Source of the DNA: a bacterium
Lineage (GTDB): Bacteria > SAR324 > XYD2-FULL-50-16
Length of the DNA stretch: 64,000 nt
Direction: 5' to 3'
Assembly: GCA_032250835.1 (NCBI GenBank)
Contig: JAVVEA010000005.1
Coordinates: forward strand, 96,001 to 160,000
The position numbers were made by a program, and so were the translations under genes. Shown here in pieces: positions 9,569 through 19,099 of this stretch (its first letter is position 1; each line of letters starts with the position of its first letter). Below the pieces are notes generated by a model. It did no database searches, had not been told where the DNA came from, and worked only from the letters and a program-made list of their open reading frames with translations.

Positions 9569-10657
9569 CTATAAAAACTCCGGTTCCACTTCCATCAACC
9601 CCAAGGCACTCTTGGCGCTAGCTCCTAAACTCAAAGGCTCTTCGCACTTCCCGCGCCCGGCCTGCAAATAGGCCCAAGCGGTGCGCCCGATCATGGCGGC
9701 GTTATCGGTGCAGTGCACCCGGCTGGGGTAATATAGCTCTAAACCCCGCCGCTGGGCCAAAGACATCATCGCCGCACGGATCCCGCTGTTGGCGGCGACC
9801 CCTCCGGTCAAGACCAAGCGCTTGGCTTCGATGCGCCCTAAGGCCTGCTCAAAACGTTCGGTCACAATCTGCGCCACGCAATTTTGGAAGCTCGCCGCTA
9901 TATCGGCCAGCGCCAAGCGGTGGGACGCCTCAAAGTTCAGGTAGTCAGCGTATCCGAGCAGCCGTTTTTTTTCCACCCGTAATTTGCGGGCCTCCGCCTC
10001 GTTTCTAACCGCTGTTTTCAGGCCGCTAAAGCTGAAGTTAAAGGTCTTTTTCCCTTTAAAAGGGATGGGGAACTGGATGCTAGCGCTTTCTGATTCTTGG
10101 GCGATTCGGTCGATGATCGGGCCGCCGGGGTAGGCAAAACCCAGCATTTTGGCCACTTTGTCGTAGGCCTCGCCCAGGGCGTCGTCTAAAGTTTTGCCCA
10201 ACAACTTATACTCGCCTAAGCCCTCGGCCCAGACTAGATGGGTGTGCCCGCCTGAGGCAATCAGGGCCAGATAGGGAAAGTCCAGTTGGGGATGGTCCAA
10301 GAAAGGGGCCAACAAATGCCCCTCGAGGTGATCCACCGGCACCAAGGGGAGATTCCAAGACCAAGCCAAGGCTTTAGCCCAACTTAAGCCCACCAAAACC
10401 GAACCGACCAATCCCGGCGCCTGGGTCACCGCCACCGCGCTCAAGTCAGCAGGGTCTAGGCCCCGCTCCTGGCGTAGGTGTTCCATCATCAGCGGTAAGG
10501 TGACCAAATGTTTGCGCGAGGCAATCTCCGGCACTACGCCGCCAAACTTAGCATGCCAGTCGATCTGCGAACTGAGGGCTTCAAAAACCACTTGGCCCTG
10601 TCGGTCGATCAACGCCAAGGCGGAATCGTCACAGGAAGTTTCAATGGCCAGGATCAT
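9569..10657 (-). CDS. tsaD: tRNA N6-adenosine threonylcarbamoyltransferase TsaD
   Basis: ILAIETSCDD, GGVVPEIASRKH, HLEGH, SGGHT, DDALGEAYDKVA, TDNAAMI. Confidence 0.97.
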   Translation of the reverse strand: MILAIETSCDDSALALIDRQGQVVFEALSSQIDWHAKFGGVVPEIASRKHLVTLPLMMEHLRQERGLDPADLSAVAVTQAPGLVGSVLVGLSWAKALAWSWNLPLVPVDHLEGHLLAPFLDHPQLDFPYLALIASGGHTHLVWAEGLGEYKLLGKTLDDALGEAYDKVAKMLGFAYPGGPIIDRIAQESESASIQFPIPFKGKKTFNFSFSGLKTAVRNEAEARKLRVEKKRLLGYADYLNFEASHRLALADIAASFQNCVAQIVTERFEQALGRIEAKRLVLTGGVAANSGIRAAMMSLAQRRGLELYYPSRVHCTDNAAMIGRTAWAYLQAGRGKCEEPLSLGASAKSALGLMEVEPEFL

Positions 10658-11286
10658 GGGCCCTCCGGGAATTGCCAAGCGCCGATGTAGGACGTTAATT
10701 TTTTATCCATTTCCGAATAGCCTGGATAAGCCCGTTCCTTGGCCCGGAACTCAGGCGTGTGGGCCAAGATCCGTCCGTTCTCGCGGCGGATGCCAACCGA
10801 CCGGTGCAGCAACTCATGAAAGGCCAAGTAATCCAAGATTTCCAGGGGCGCGTCTAGGCGGTCAAAGATCAAGGAAAAGGCGATCTCATCTTTGGTTGAA
10901 TTAAAATGGGCCATTTTACGGATCGTGAACTTGCCCAGCCAACGAACCTGCGGATAGCTGGTCATCTCGGGAAAATGCAGCTGTTGGACCCGCAAGACCC
11001 GCGCCGTCAAATCCTGGAAAACCCCCTGGCCCCGGCAGCGCTTTTTGGCCACTTCGGGCTTAAAATCAGGCCGCAGAATTTGTACATCCCGGGCGAAGCC
11101 ATAGGCAAAGCCGTCGGCCGGATGCAGGCGACGCCGCTTGACCCAAGGCTGCCAGAGCCCTAACATCTGTTGGTTGGTTTTATGTAAATCCAATAGCCCT
11201 TCAATGGGCCGCCCTTTGAGCAATTGACGGCGCAGGCCCGTGGCGTAGGGCTGGAAGGAGGGTGTTTTGGTCTTGAGCAGGTTCAT
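10654..11286 (-). CDS. SprT/YgjP-like zinc metallopeptidase domain protein
   Basis: LDYLAFHELLH (HExxH) plus HTPEFR; ATGA overlap with tsaD. Confidence 0.7.
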   Translation of the reverse strand: MNLLKTKTPSFQPYATGLRRQLLKGRPIEGLLDLHKTNQQMLGLWQPWVKRRRLHPADGFAYGFARDVQILRPDFKPEVAKKRCRGQGVFQDLTARVLRVQQLHFPEMTSYPQVRWLGKFTIRKMAHFNSTKDEIAFSLIFDRLDAPLEILDYLAFHELLHRSVGIRRENGRILAHTPEFRAKERAYPGYSEMDKKLTSYIGAWQFPEGP

Positions 11287-11331
11287 GGACTCAATGTAAA
11301 GACTGGCGCAGTGCCGGTCAAGGAAAGCAAT

Positions 11332-11682
11332 ATGGAAAGCCTCTGGAAAGGGAAAGCCGGTCCGCCGGAGCGGGAAGTGCGGTTAGAAATCCTACGATTT
11401 GGCCGAGATTATCTGGCCTGTCTAGGCGGCGGCGAGTCCCACTTGGGGGCGGTCGCCTGGGGCGGGGGTGGCTCCTTGGTGGATTACCCCCACAAAGAAG
11501 GTCCCATCGCCCGCGCCCTGGCCGCTGATTTAGGCCAGTTCTTAGACGCCCAAGTCCTAGTGGTCGCGGGATTACACTTTGCCGATCTCACCAAGCCGGG
11601 CATCCAAGAGGTCTTGACCAACGCCCGCCTGATCTGCCAGCGCTTTAAAGAGGATTGGCAGTCTGCAAAAACTGGGTCTTAA
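11332..11682 (+). CDS. LpdD/proteasome-assembly-chaperone-like small protein
   Basis: GRDYLACLGGGESHLGAVA, HKEGPIA, VVAGLH..LT..I pattern; AGGA upstream of ATG 11332. Confidence 0.6.
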   Translation: MESLWKGKAGPPEREVRLEILRFGRDYLACLGGGESHLGAVAWGGGGSLVDYPHKEGPIARALAADLGQFLDAQVLVVAGLHFADLTKPGIQEVLTNARLICQRFKEDWQSAKTGS

Positions 11683-12400
11683 GACCCAGTTCCTGTTCCA
11701 AGTACGCGCCTAAGGCCTTGATCCCTAAGGTCTCGGTGGCATAGTGCCCCGCGGCGATGTAGTGGGCCCCGGCGTCCTGGGCCTGACCGAAGTTAAATTC
11801 ACTGCCTTCGCCGGTCAAGTAGGCCTGGGCCCCCGCTGCCACGGCAGCCTCGAAATATTTCTGGGCTCCTCCGCTGCAAATCGCCAACCGCTCGATTTGC
11901 TTGGGCCCGAAATCAAGCCAAACCGGGGCGCGGCCCAAGGTTTCGGTGAGCCGCTCAGTAAGGCTTTGTTTCTGGTTATATGCCGGGCGGCCCATCAACA
12001 GCATGGGACGGCCCGAATCACCTAAAACCCACTCTAAATCTTGCATCCCCAAGGCTTCGGCCAGTTGGGCGTTATTACCCAATTGGGGGTGATAGTCCAA
12101 AGGCAGGTGGTAACTCGCCGCCGCCACACCCGAAACCAACAGGGACCGGAGCTTGCGGGCAAAGGGACCAACCACCCTGGGGTCGTTCCCATCCCAAAGA
12201 ATCCCATGATGCGTGATCATCAACTCGGCACCTAGGTCTAAGGCCTGCTCGATCAATTCAGAGGTCAGCGAAACCCCTAGAGCCACCAAGCGGACCTCGC
12301 GCCCGTCTCCCTCGACCTCCATTCCGTTGGGGCAATAGTCTTTAAACTCTTGGATCTTGAGCAGTTGGTCGCAGAATTTGATCACTTCGGCTTGGTTCAC
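11645..12400 (-). CDS. Nif3-like dinuclear metal centre hexameric protein (YbgI/DUF34)
   Basis: DYCPNGMEVEG, THHG, YHLPLD.HP.LGNN, YLTGE, AGHYATE; GTG start with GGAGG. Confidence 0.93.
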   Translation of the reverse strand: MNQAEVIKFCDQLLKIQEFKDYCPNGMEVEGDGREVRLVALGVSLTSELIEQALDLGAELMITHHGILWDGNDPRVVGPFARKLRSLLVSGVAAASYHLPLDYHPQLGNNAQLAEALGMQDLEWVLGDSGRPMLLMGRPAYNQKQSLTERLTETLGRAPVWLDFGPKQIERLAICSGGAQKYFEAAVAAGAQAYLTGEGSEFNFGQAQDAGAHYIAAGHYATETLGIKALGAYLEQELGLKTQFLQTANPL

Positions 12401-13134
12401 GGGACCTCCTTGACGCAACGAAAGCCCAAGTAGCTAGCCTTATAGGTTGCCGGACTAGGGGCCTGTTCCTGGTTTTTTAATTGTTGGGGGGTGGAGCCGT
12501 AAGATCCGCCTTTGATCACCATTTCCGCGTACAGGTCTTCGCGGGGTTGGTCGTCGCCCCGAAAGATCAGCGGTTGCCCGTCACGGGCGCGGGTATGGGT
12601 CCATTCCCAAAGGTTTCCGGTCATGTCCAGCAAACCTTCTGGCGTGGCCCCTTGGGGGTAGCTGCCCACCACCGATTCTCGCTCATGGCCGTCATCGACA
12701 CGCCAAAGGTGCCAGGGGGTTTTGCAGCGTTTGTCACAGATATTGGCTTGGCTCCCGTCAGGAGCGCTATCGCCCCAGGCATATAGACGGGTCGGGCCTG
12801 CCGCCAGGGTCCATTCGCGCGCGCTAGGTAGGCGCTTGCCCAAGTTTTGGCAAAACTGGGCCGCCTCGAACCAATCCACTAAGTTGGCCGGGGTCCGGCG
12901 TTCCTTAGGGAACTTGTGCTGGTATTGGGGCACGTCCTTAAAGCGGGTTTCTTGGCGGAATTTGATCAATTCGCCGACCGTCACCTCAGTGCGGTCCATC
13001 AAAAAGGGCTTCACGTCGCTATAAGCGGCTCCCCCCTCAATCTGGGCCGGGTCGATCAAGACCATGTCCGCCGCCCAAAGAACCGGGGCGCTCCAAAGCC
13101 CGATCAGACTAATCAACAGGCCATAAAATTTCAT
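12397..13134 (-). CDS. Secreted FGE-sulfatase (SUMF1-like) domain protein
   Basis: Signal peptide; MDRTEVTV, KRLPSAREW, GLLDMTGNLWEW, KGGS, GFRCV. Confidence 0.88.
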   Translation of the reverse strand: MKFYGLLISLIGLWSAPVLWAADMVLIDPAQIEGGAAYSDVKPFLMDRTEVTVGELIKFRQETRFKDVPQYQHKFPKERRTPANLVDWFEAAQFCQNLGKRLPSAREWTLAAGPTRLYAWGDSAPDGSQANICDKRCKTPWHLWRVDDGHERESVVGSYPQGATPEGLLDMTGNLWEWTHTRARDGQPLIFRGDDQPREDLYAEMVIKGGSYGSTPQQLKNQEQAPSPATYKASYLGFRCVKEVP

Positions 13135-14341
13135 CGATGCATTCCAGGCTATGGTTCCAGGCGTCTTGTTGCTTTGCTAAAATCTCTAAGCCCCTTTGGG
13201 CCATCTGTTTTAACCTTTCGGGCTGGGCGGCCAGCGCGGCCAACTCGGCCCCTTGCTGCAACTGCACCAAGCCACCCCCCTCACAGAGCAGCGCCACCGC
13301 TTCGGTAAAGTTGGCCGTATTGGGCCCCACCACGGTGGGTTTGCCTAAGCCTACGGGCTCAATCATGTTTTGCCCACCCCGTTGGTTGAAACTTCCGCCC
13401 ACAAAGACCAAGTCGGCTAAGGCATAAAGGGTCTTTAAAACCCCTATCCGGTCCACTAGGTAAATCCCGTGCCCTGGGTAGCGGCCCTGGCTGGCTAAAT
13501 GAACCTCAAAGCCCGCTTGCTCCAACTGAGCCACAAACTCCGGGGCTTTCTCGGGGTGCCGGGGCACCAACAGGGCCCGAAACTGGTTCCGCTCTTCGCT
13601 CATTTGGCGGATCGCCGGGATCAACTCGGGCAGTTCGTCGGGCCCGAGGCTACCGCCGACCCACACAAACTCGCCGCCCTTTAAGCCACAGGCTTGGCTC
13701 CACTCCGATACCTGGGCGGCAGATGGCGGTTCGGTGAGGCCCAATTTGAGGTTTCCGGCCAATCGGCTCTGGGCCCCAAAGGCCAAAAAACCTTCGTGGC
13801 TGAGTCGGTCACAAGCCAAAATCAATTGGATTTTCTGCAACATAGGCCGGTAGGCCCAGTCTAGTTTCTGGTAGGTCTTTAGGGCCTCAGGGCCCATGCG
13901 GCCATTGACCATCAAGATCGGGATCTTTAAGGGGCCAATCAAGTTGGGCCAAAGCTCCGTCTCCACCAGCACCAAAAGGTCGGGTCCTAACCGCGCCACC
14001 AATGACTGGGTGAGCCAACTAAAATCAAAGGGTTTATACCAGACCCACTCGCCCCGGCTTTGGGCCATCTCTAAGGCAGGCTGGCGGTTGGTGGTGAAGA
14101 GGCAGGTCACCTCGCGGCGCTGGCGCAACCGGCGGGCCAACTCTAAAGCTAAGCCCATCTCGCCCACCGAGGCGGCGTGTATCCAAATCCGGGGCCCCGC
14201 TTTGGGGCCTAAGGGCCGGGGCAGGCAAAAGAAGCTCCGCCTAAACTGGTGGCGCAGCTTCGGCACCAGCAAGCCGCCCAGCAGCAAACAGGGCGAGCAA
14301 GCCAGCATCAGGATCAGATACAATCCATCAAAGAGCGTCAT
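13109..14341 (-). CDS. waaA: 3-deoxy-D-manno-octulosonic acid (Kdo) transferase
   Basis: WIHAASVGE, ETELWPN, VPRHPE, FVGGS...GGQNMIEP. Confidence 0.93.
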   Translation of the reverse strand: MTLFDGLYLILMLACSPCLLLGGLLVPKLRHQFRRSFFCLPRPLGPKAGPRIWIHAASVGEMGLALELARRLRQRREVTCLFTTNRQPALEMAQSRGEWVWYKPFDFSWLTQSLVARLGPDLLVLVETELWPNLIGPLKIPILMVNGRMGPEALKTYQKLDWAYRPMLQKIQLILACDRLSHEGFLAFGAQSRLAGNLKLGLTEPPSAAQVSEWSQACGLKGGEFVWVGGSLGPDELPELIPAIRQMSEERNQFRALLVPRHPEKAPEFVAQLEQAGFEVHLASQGRYPGHGIYLVDRIGVLKTLYALADLVFVGGSFNQRGGQNMIEPVGLGKPTVVGPNTANFTEAVALLCEGGGLVQLQQGAELAALAAQPERLKQMAQRGLEILAKQQDAWNHSLECIDEILWPVD

Positions 14342-14344
14342 GCC

Positions 14345-15379
14345 CTAGCGGACCGAAAGTTCCTTCACCGCCCGGACCATCGCCCGCAGGTGGTCAGGAT
14401 TCACTTCTTTGTCGATCCCGTGGCCCAGGTTGAAGATATGGCCCGAGTCTTTGCCCCATTTATCGAGCAGAATCTTGACTTCGGCGCGGATCGTTTCGGG
14501 CTTGGCGAAGAGGATATTGGGGTCTAGGTTTCCCTGAATCGCCACTTTGCCGCCAATGTTCGCCTTGGCTTGGCCTAGGTCGGCCATCCAGTCCAGACCC
14601 ACCACGTCGGCCCCGGTCGCGGCCATTTGGTCGTGCAAATGGGCACCGCCGTTGATGTAATAACAACGGGGCACCTCGCCTTGTTTCTTGAGGCCCTTGA
14701 AGATTTTCTGGACCCAGGGGAAGACCAAGCGGCGGTAATGATCGGGGCTCAAGCTACCGGCCCAGGTATCAAACAACTGGACCATCTGGGCCCCGGAGTC
14801 GATCTGGTAATTCAAGTAGTTGATCGTCATGTCGGTGAGCTTATCCATCAGCTTCGCCGCCAATTCGGGCTGGTCAAAAAAGAGCGCCTTGGTCTTAGCG
14901 AAAAGCTTGCTGCCTTCACCTTCGACGGCGTAACAAGCCAGCGTAAAGGGAGCCCCGGCAAAACCGATGACCGGCACCCGACCGGCCACTTCCTGGGTCA
15001 AAAGCTGGAGGATCTTCCCTACATAAGGCGTGCCCTCATCGGGATCGGGCACCCGTAGAGCCTCGATATCGGCGGCGCTGCGCAGCGGGTTGGCGAACTT
15101 AGGCGAGGGGTTAAAGCTCAGCTCCATCCCCATCCCTTCTAAGGGGGTCAGGATGTCCGAAAACATAATCACCGCGTCCACCTCGATCAAATCTAAAGGC
15201 TGGATGGTCACCTCGGTGGCCAGTTCTACGTTCTTGCAGAGTTGCAGGAAACTTCCGGCCTGAGCGCGGGTGGCCCGGTATTCGCTCAGGTAACGTCCCG
15301 CTTGGCGCATCACCCAAACCGGGGTCCGCTCGATCGGTTGTTTAAAGGCCGCACGCAGCAGCAAGTCGTTTTGGATCAT
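14345..15379 (-). CDS. hemE: Uroporphyrinogen decarboxylase
   Basis: PVWVMRQAGRYL.EY, FSDIL, GFAGAPFTLACY, QGNLDP, IFNLGHGI. Confidence 0.97.
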   Translation of the reverse strand: MIQNDLLLRAAFKQPIERTPVWVMRQAGRYLSEYRATRAQAGSFLQLCKNVELATEVTIQPLDLIEVDAVIMFSDILTPLEGMGMELSFNPSPKFANPLRSAADIEALRVPDPDEGTPYVGKILQLLTQEVAGRVPVIGFAGAPFTLACYAVEGEGSKLFAKTKALFFDQPELAAKLMDKLTDMTINYLNYQIDSGAQMVQLFDTWAGSLSPDHYRRLVFPWVQKIFKGLKKQGEVPRCYYINGGAHLHDQMAATGADVVGLDWMADLGQAKANIGGKVAIQGNLDPNILFAKPETIRAEVKILLDKWGKDSGHIFNLGHGIDKEVNPDHLRAMVRAVKELSVR

Positions 15380-15380
15380 C

Positions 15381-15962
15381 TTATTCCTCAAAATGATGGG
15401 CTTGGTAACAATATAGGGTAAAAGGGCCGCTGCGCCAGTAATCACCGGGAAGTGAGGCCTTTTGGCACAAGGCCGTCATAAACTCTTCTTTGCTGGCCAC
15501 CTTCTCCCATACCTGGGGCAAAAAGGTGGCGCGGTGTCCCTGGGCCTCTAAGATCACCCCGTCCACATGGGGCCGCAGGGCTTCTAGTTGGCCTTCGATG
15601 CCTTCAGCTTCCACCGGTTCTGGGTCGCTCAGTAAGGAAATCTCCAGGCTAATTTGGTTCAACTCGCTGCGGTTCAAGGGCTCAAAACGCGGGTCCTCAA
15701 AGGCGGCGGCGCGGGCCATCTGGGGCACCAGCTCGATCAAGGGCGACTGGGCAGCCAGCTGGCCGATACAGCCCCGCAGTTCACCTTGCAGTGTCAGGGT
15801 CACAAAACAACCGCGGACCAGTTCAAAGTCCGGTTCCCAATAGTCCTCGGCGTCATACTCTTTTTGGAGCAACCGGTGCTCCAACTCAGCGCGGGCCAGG
15901 GCTAGCAGTTTCTTTTTCTGTTCATCGTTGAGAAATTTAGGCTTCAAAATGATATGTTTCAC
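15381..15962 (-). CDS. amrA: AmmeMemoRadiSam system protein A (AMMECR1 domain)
   Basis: GCFVTL...GELRGCIG, AAFEDPRF, EISLLS, ATFLPQVWE, LCQKA. Confidence 0.9.
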   Translation of the reverse strand: MKHIILKPKFLNDEQKKKLLALARAELEHRLLQKEYDAEDYWEPDFELVRGCFVTLTLQGELRGCIGQLAAQSPLIELVPQMARAAAFEDPRFEPLNRSELNQISLEISLLSDPEPVEAEGIEGQLEALRPHVDGVILEAQGHRATFLPQVWEKVASKEEFMTALCQKASLPGDYWRSGPFTLYCYQAHHFEE

Positions 15963-17115
15963 CTAAGTGTTTTACGCTCAACCGGTTGGCCCCATCGCTG
16001 GCTTCCACCCGGCCCGCAAGCAGGGCTTCGATCCCGTCGGCTTGAGCCATGGCCACCAAGGCTTCGGCGATTTCAGCCGGTACAAAGGCCTCTAAACGTG
16101 CGCCTAGGTTATAGACCGGCAACATATCTTTGAAGCTATAGCCATTGGCCTCTTGGATCAACTTAAAGATCGCCGGCGGGTCAAAGAGTTGGTCTTTGAT
16201 GTAATGTAACCCTTTACCGAACTTAAGGCATTTGGTCTGCCCCCCACCGGAGCAATGGACTAGGCCGTGGATCTTGGGGCCATAAGCGTCCAGCATCTTC
16301 TTGATCAAGGGGGCGTAGGTCCGCGTCGGGCTTAAGAGCGCTTGGCCCACGCTCAGCGGGGTGCCCGCCAAGGGGTCGCTCAACTGGGACTTTCCGCAAT
16401 AGACCAATTCCTCGGGTACTTCGGGGGCGAACGTTTCGGGGTAGCGGGCGGCGTAGCCATGAGCCAAGCCGTCGTGCCGGGCGGCGGTCAAGCCATTGGA
16501 GCCGATCCCGCTGTTATATCCTGATTCCCAACGGGCTTGGCCAAAGCTGGCAAAGCTAACAATGGCGTCACCGACCGAAACCCGGTCCAGGTCCACCACT
16601 TGGGCGCGGGGCAGCCGTACCATCAAGGTTGAATCAACGATCAAGGTCCGCACCAAGTCGCCCACATCGGCGGTCTCGCCGCCGGCTAAGGTGATGCCGA
16701 TCCCTTCGGCGCTTAAGCGCTCAATCTGTTCTTGGTAGCCCTGGATCACCTCGGCGATCACCTCACCGGGCACCTTCAGCTTGTTGCGGCCAATGGTATT
16801 GCTTAAGATGAAGCCGCTGGTCGCGCCCACACAGGCCAAATCGTCTAGGTTCATGACCAAAGAGTCTTGGGCAATGCCGCGGAAGACCGATAGGTCGCCG
16901 GTCTCTTTCCAGTAGAGATAAGCCAAGCTCGACTTGGTCCCCGCCCCGTCGGCGTGCATCATCATGCAGGCCTCTGGGTCCCCTGCCAGCAGGTCCGGCA
17001 AGACTTGGCAGAAGGCCCCCGGAAAGAGGCCCTTGTCTAGGCCTTGGATGGCCGCATGGACTTCGCTTTTGGCCGAGGACACCCCTCGTTTGAGATATAG
17101 ATCTGATTCGCTCAT
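15937..17115 (-). CDS. purM: AIR synthase / phosphoribosylformylglycinamidine cyclo-ligase, long variant
   Basis: Y.KRGVS..K, HADGAGTKS, MNLDDLACVG, GGETADVGD, SNGLT.ARH, LLSPTRTY, HCSGGG. Confidence 0.85.
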   Translation of the reverse strand: MSESDLYLKRGVSSAKSEVHAAIQGLDKGLFPGAFCQVLPDLLAGDPEACMMMHADGAGTKSSLAYLYWKETGDLSVFRGIAQDSLVMNLDDLACVGATSGFILSNTIGRNKLKVPGEVIAEVIQGYQEQIERLSAEGIGITLAGGETADVGDLVRTLIVDSTLMVRLPRAQVVDLDRVSVGDAIVSFASFGQARWESGYNSGIGSNGLTAARHDGLAHGYAARYPETFAPEVPEELVYCGKSQLSDPLAGTPLSVGQALLSPTRTYAPLIKKMLDAYGPKIHGLVHCSGGGQTKCLKFGKGLHYIKDQLFDPPAIFKLIQEANGYSFKDMLPVYNLGARLEAFVPAEIAEALVAMAQADGIEALLAGRVEASDGANRLSVKHLGETYHFEA

Positions 17116-18044
17116 CCTGCCGCCAGTTCTAGGGCTTTGTTTTTAAATTCTGTTTCTGTCTCGCTGGCCATCAGTTCCTTACGCGCTGTCTTGGCGTCGC
17201 GGAACCCGTTGATGTAGCCGCCCAAATGTTTGCGGAATTCCACCAAGGCCTTGTGCTCGCTTTGGGTGCGGCGCAGCAGGTTGAAGTGCTCGATCATCAC
17301 CTCCACCTTGTCTTTTAAGCTCACGGCTTCGCGCGCTGCCTGGGGCCAAAAAACCCAAGGATTGCCCATCGAGGCCCGGCCAATCATGTAGCCGTCCAAG
17401 TTGCCCAGTTGGGCCAGGGCCTGCTCGGGACTTTTCAGGTCGCCATTGCCCACCACCGGGATGCTGAGCGCGTCTTTAGCCCGGTAGATCGGTCCCCAAT
17501 CGGCGACACCTCGGTAGGCCATCTTGGCGGTCCGGCCGTGTAGCGTCAAGAGTTGGCAGCCCGCATCTTGCAATTGTTTGGCAAAGGGGATCAAGCCTTC
17601 GGCATCAGCCCAGCCCAGCCGGGTCTTGACGGTGACCGGGAGTTTGGTGGCCTTGGCCGTGGCTTCGACGATCCTCAAGGCCAAGTCCGGTTCCTTAAGC
17701 AACGCTGCGCCGGTTCCATTTTTGACAATCCGCTTCGAGGGGCAACCAAAGTTGATGTCGATGGCGGTAATGCCCATGTCCTCAATCTGCTTTGCAATCA
17801 AGGCAAAGGTATCGGGGTCGCGGCCAAAGAGTTGGACAATATAAGGCAATTCACGGGGCTCAAAATCCAGGCGGCTTTTGACGAAGTCGCTGTGGACAAT
17901 GCCGTTGACGTTGGTGAATTCCGAATAGAGCAATACCTCCGGGTTCAGGCGGCGCACCACCTGCCTAAAGGCCATATCGGTCACACCGTCCATCGGGGCC
18001 AGAGCGACAATGGGGCGTTTTAAAGAGTCAATCGGATGGGTCAA
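17112..18044 (-). CDS. dusB: tRNA-dihydrouridine synthase (DusB-like)
   Basis: LAPMDGVTD..FR, IDINFGCP, TVKTRLGW, LHGRT, GNGD, MIGRA..GNPW. Confidence 0.88.
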   Translation of the reverse strand: MTHPIDSLKRPIVALAPMDGVTDMAFRQVVRRLNPEVLLYSEFTNVNGIVHSDFVKSRLDFEPRELPYIVQLFGRDPDTFALIAKQIEDMGITAIDINFGCPSKRIVKNGTGAALLKEPDLALRIVEATAKATKLPVTVKTRLGWADAEGLIPFAKQLQDAGCQLLTLHGRTAKMAYRGVADWGPIYRAKDALSIPVVGNGDLKSPEQALAQLGNLDGYMIGRASMGNPWVFWPQAAREAVSLKDKVEVMIEHFNLLRRTQSEHKALVEFRKHLGGYINGFRDAKTARKELMASETETEFKNKALELAAG

Positions 18045-18336
18045 GGTTGCCTTTCACATACTCCTCCCACTCAACGGGCAGGAGGTATTTTTTCTTGTTG
18101 TTACATTCCTTACAGGCGGGCACTAAGTTGCCTTTGACGCTCAACCCACCCCGACTGACGGGGATCTTGTGGTCCATCGTCAACTCGGTGGCGTTGACCC
18201 TTTTTCCGCAATAATAACAAACGCCGCGCCCGCGCAGGTTCTTCCACCATTGAGAATGCCGGAGCTCGCGTGCCTTGGCTTTTTCTCGTTTGAGGTGGGC
18301 TTCGTCAACGGAAATAAAGTCGCCTTCAAATTTCAC
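18028..18336 (-). CDS. Small HNH endonuclease
   Basis: CYYC...TMDHKIPVSRGG...NLVPACKECNNKK. Confidence 0.9.
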   Translation of the reverse strand: MKFEGDFISVDEAHLKREKAKARELRHSQWWKNLRGRGVCYYCGKRVNATELTMDHKIPVSRGGLSVKGNLVPACKECNNKKKYLLPVEWEEYVKGNLDPSD

Positions 18337-19043
18337 TTACATTCCCCCACCGAACCCAAGCCGCAGACCTTCCCATCGATCCATTGGGCCCCTTCTAGCT
18401 GGGCCCCATCAAAATGCGCTCCGGTGATTTTGGCGCCGGTCAGGTCGGCTTCGCGCAGGTCTGCACCCGTTAGGTTGGTGTTTTCTAAACTAGCCCCGAC
18501 CAACTTAGCGCCCCGCAGGTGGGCCCCGATCAGGTTGGCATCGCCTAAAAAGACGTTGCGCAGGTTGGCCCGTTTGAGCCGGGCCCCTCGCAGATCAATC
18601 CCCAGCATCTTGGTTAAGGGCGCAATCAACCCATCCATCCGGGCGTTGTTCAATTCGGCGTAAGAAAGGTCCGAGCCTCCCAGATCCGCACCGACCCAGA
18701 TGGAGTTTGAAGCACTGAGCAGGTTTAAGTCCGCACCGGCGAACTGGGCCCCAGACAGGTCGGCGTTTTCTAGGTTGGCCCAGCGCAGCAGGGTCCCCTT
18801 GGCGCGGATCCCCTTGAGTTGTGCCCCTTTCAGGTCAACCCATTGCAAATTGGCCCGGTCCAAATCGGCTTGGTTGAGGTCCACGCCGCGTAATTGCCAG
18901 CTATTCAGGTCCGCTTCGGCCAGGTTACACCCGGCGCACTTGCGTTCCTTTTCCAGGCGGTCCACATCTTCGGGGAAATAGGCTTGTAGACTCAAGGGCA
19001 TGATGACCACCAAAGCGGCCAAGAGCAGTGATTTCGGTCCCAT
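18333..19043 (-). CDS. Secreted pentapeptide repeat protein
   Basis: Signal peptide, CAGCNL, then a long A(D/N)Lxx repeat run and terminal W.DG..C...S.G.C. Confidence 0.92.
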   Translation of the reverse strand: MGPKSLLLAALVVIMPLSLQAYFPEDVDRLEKERKCAGCNLAEADLNSWQLRGVDLNQADLDRANLQWVDLKGAQLKGIRAKGTLLRWANLENADLSGAQFAGADLNLLSASNSIWVGADLGGSDLSYAELNNARMDGLIAPLTKMLGIDLRGARLKRANLRNVFLGDANLIGAHLRGAKLVGASLENTNLTGADLREADLTGAKITGAHFDGAQLEGAQWIDGKVCGLGSVGECK

Positions 19044-19099
19044 AGATTGATCTCTCGAAGTTTTCTTATCCTCTCCGAAATTGCTTCTGCTCGCAACCC

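Noticed and set aside
12397-13134. Active formylglycine-generating enzyme or DGR target
   Set aside because: Catalytic Cys pair after GGS is absent; no reverse transcriptase or template repeat in the window.
15381-15962. Complete AmmeMemoRadiSam system
   Set aside because: Only protein A is present; the Memo and radical SAM partners are not in this window.
18028-18336. HNH gene as a homing endonuclease or defence system
   Set aside because: Small stand-alone HNH overlapping housekeeping neighbours; no intron, methylase or repeats.
18333-19043. Periodic DNA as a CRISPR or tandem repeat array
   Set aside because: The 15-nt periodicity is explained by pentapeptide-repeat coding; there are no identical repeats with spacers.
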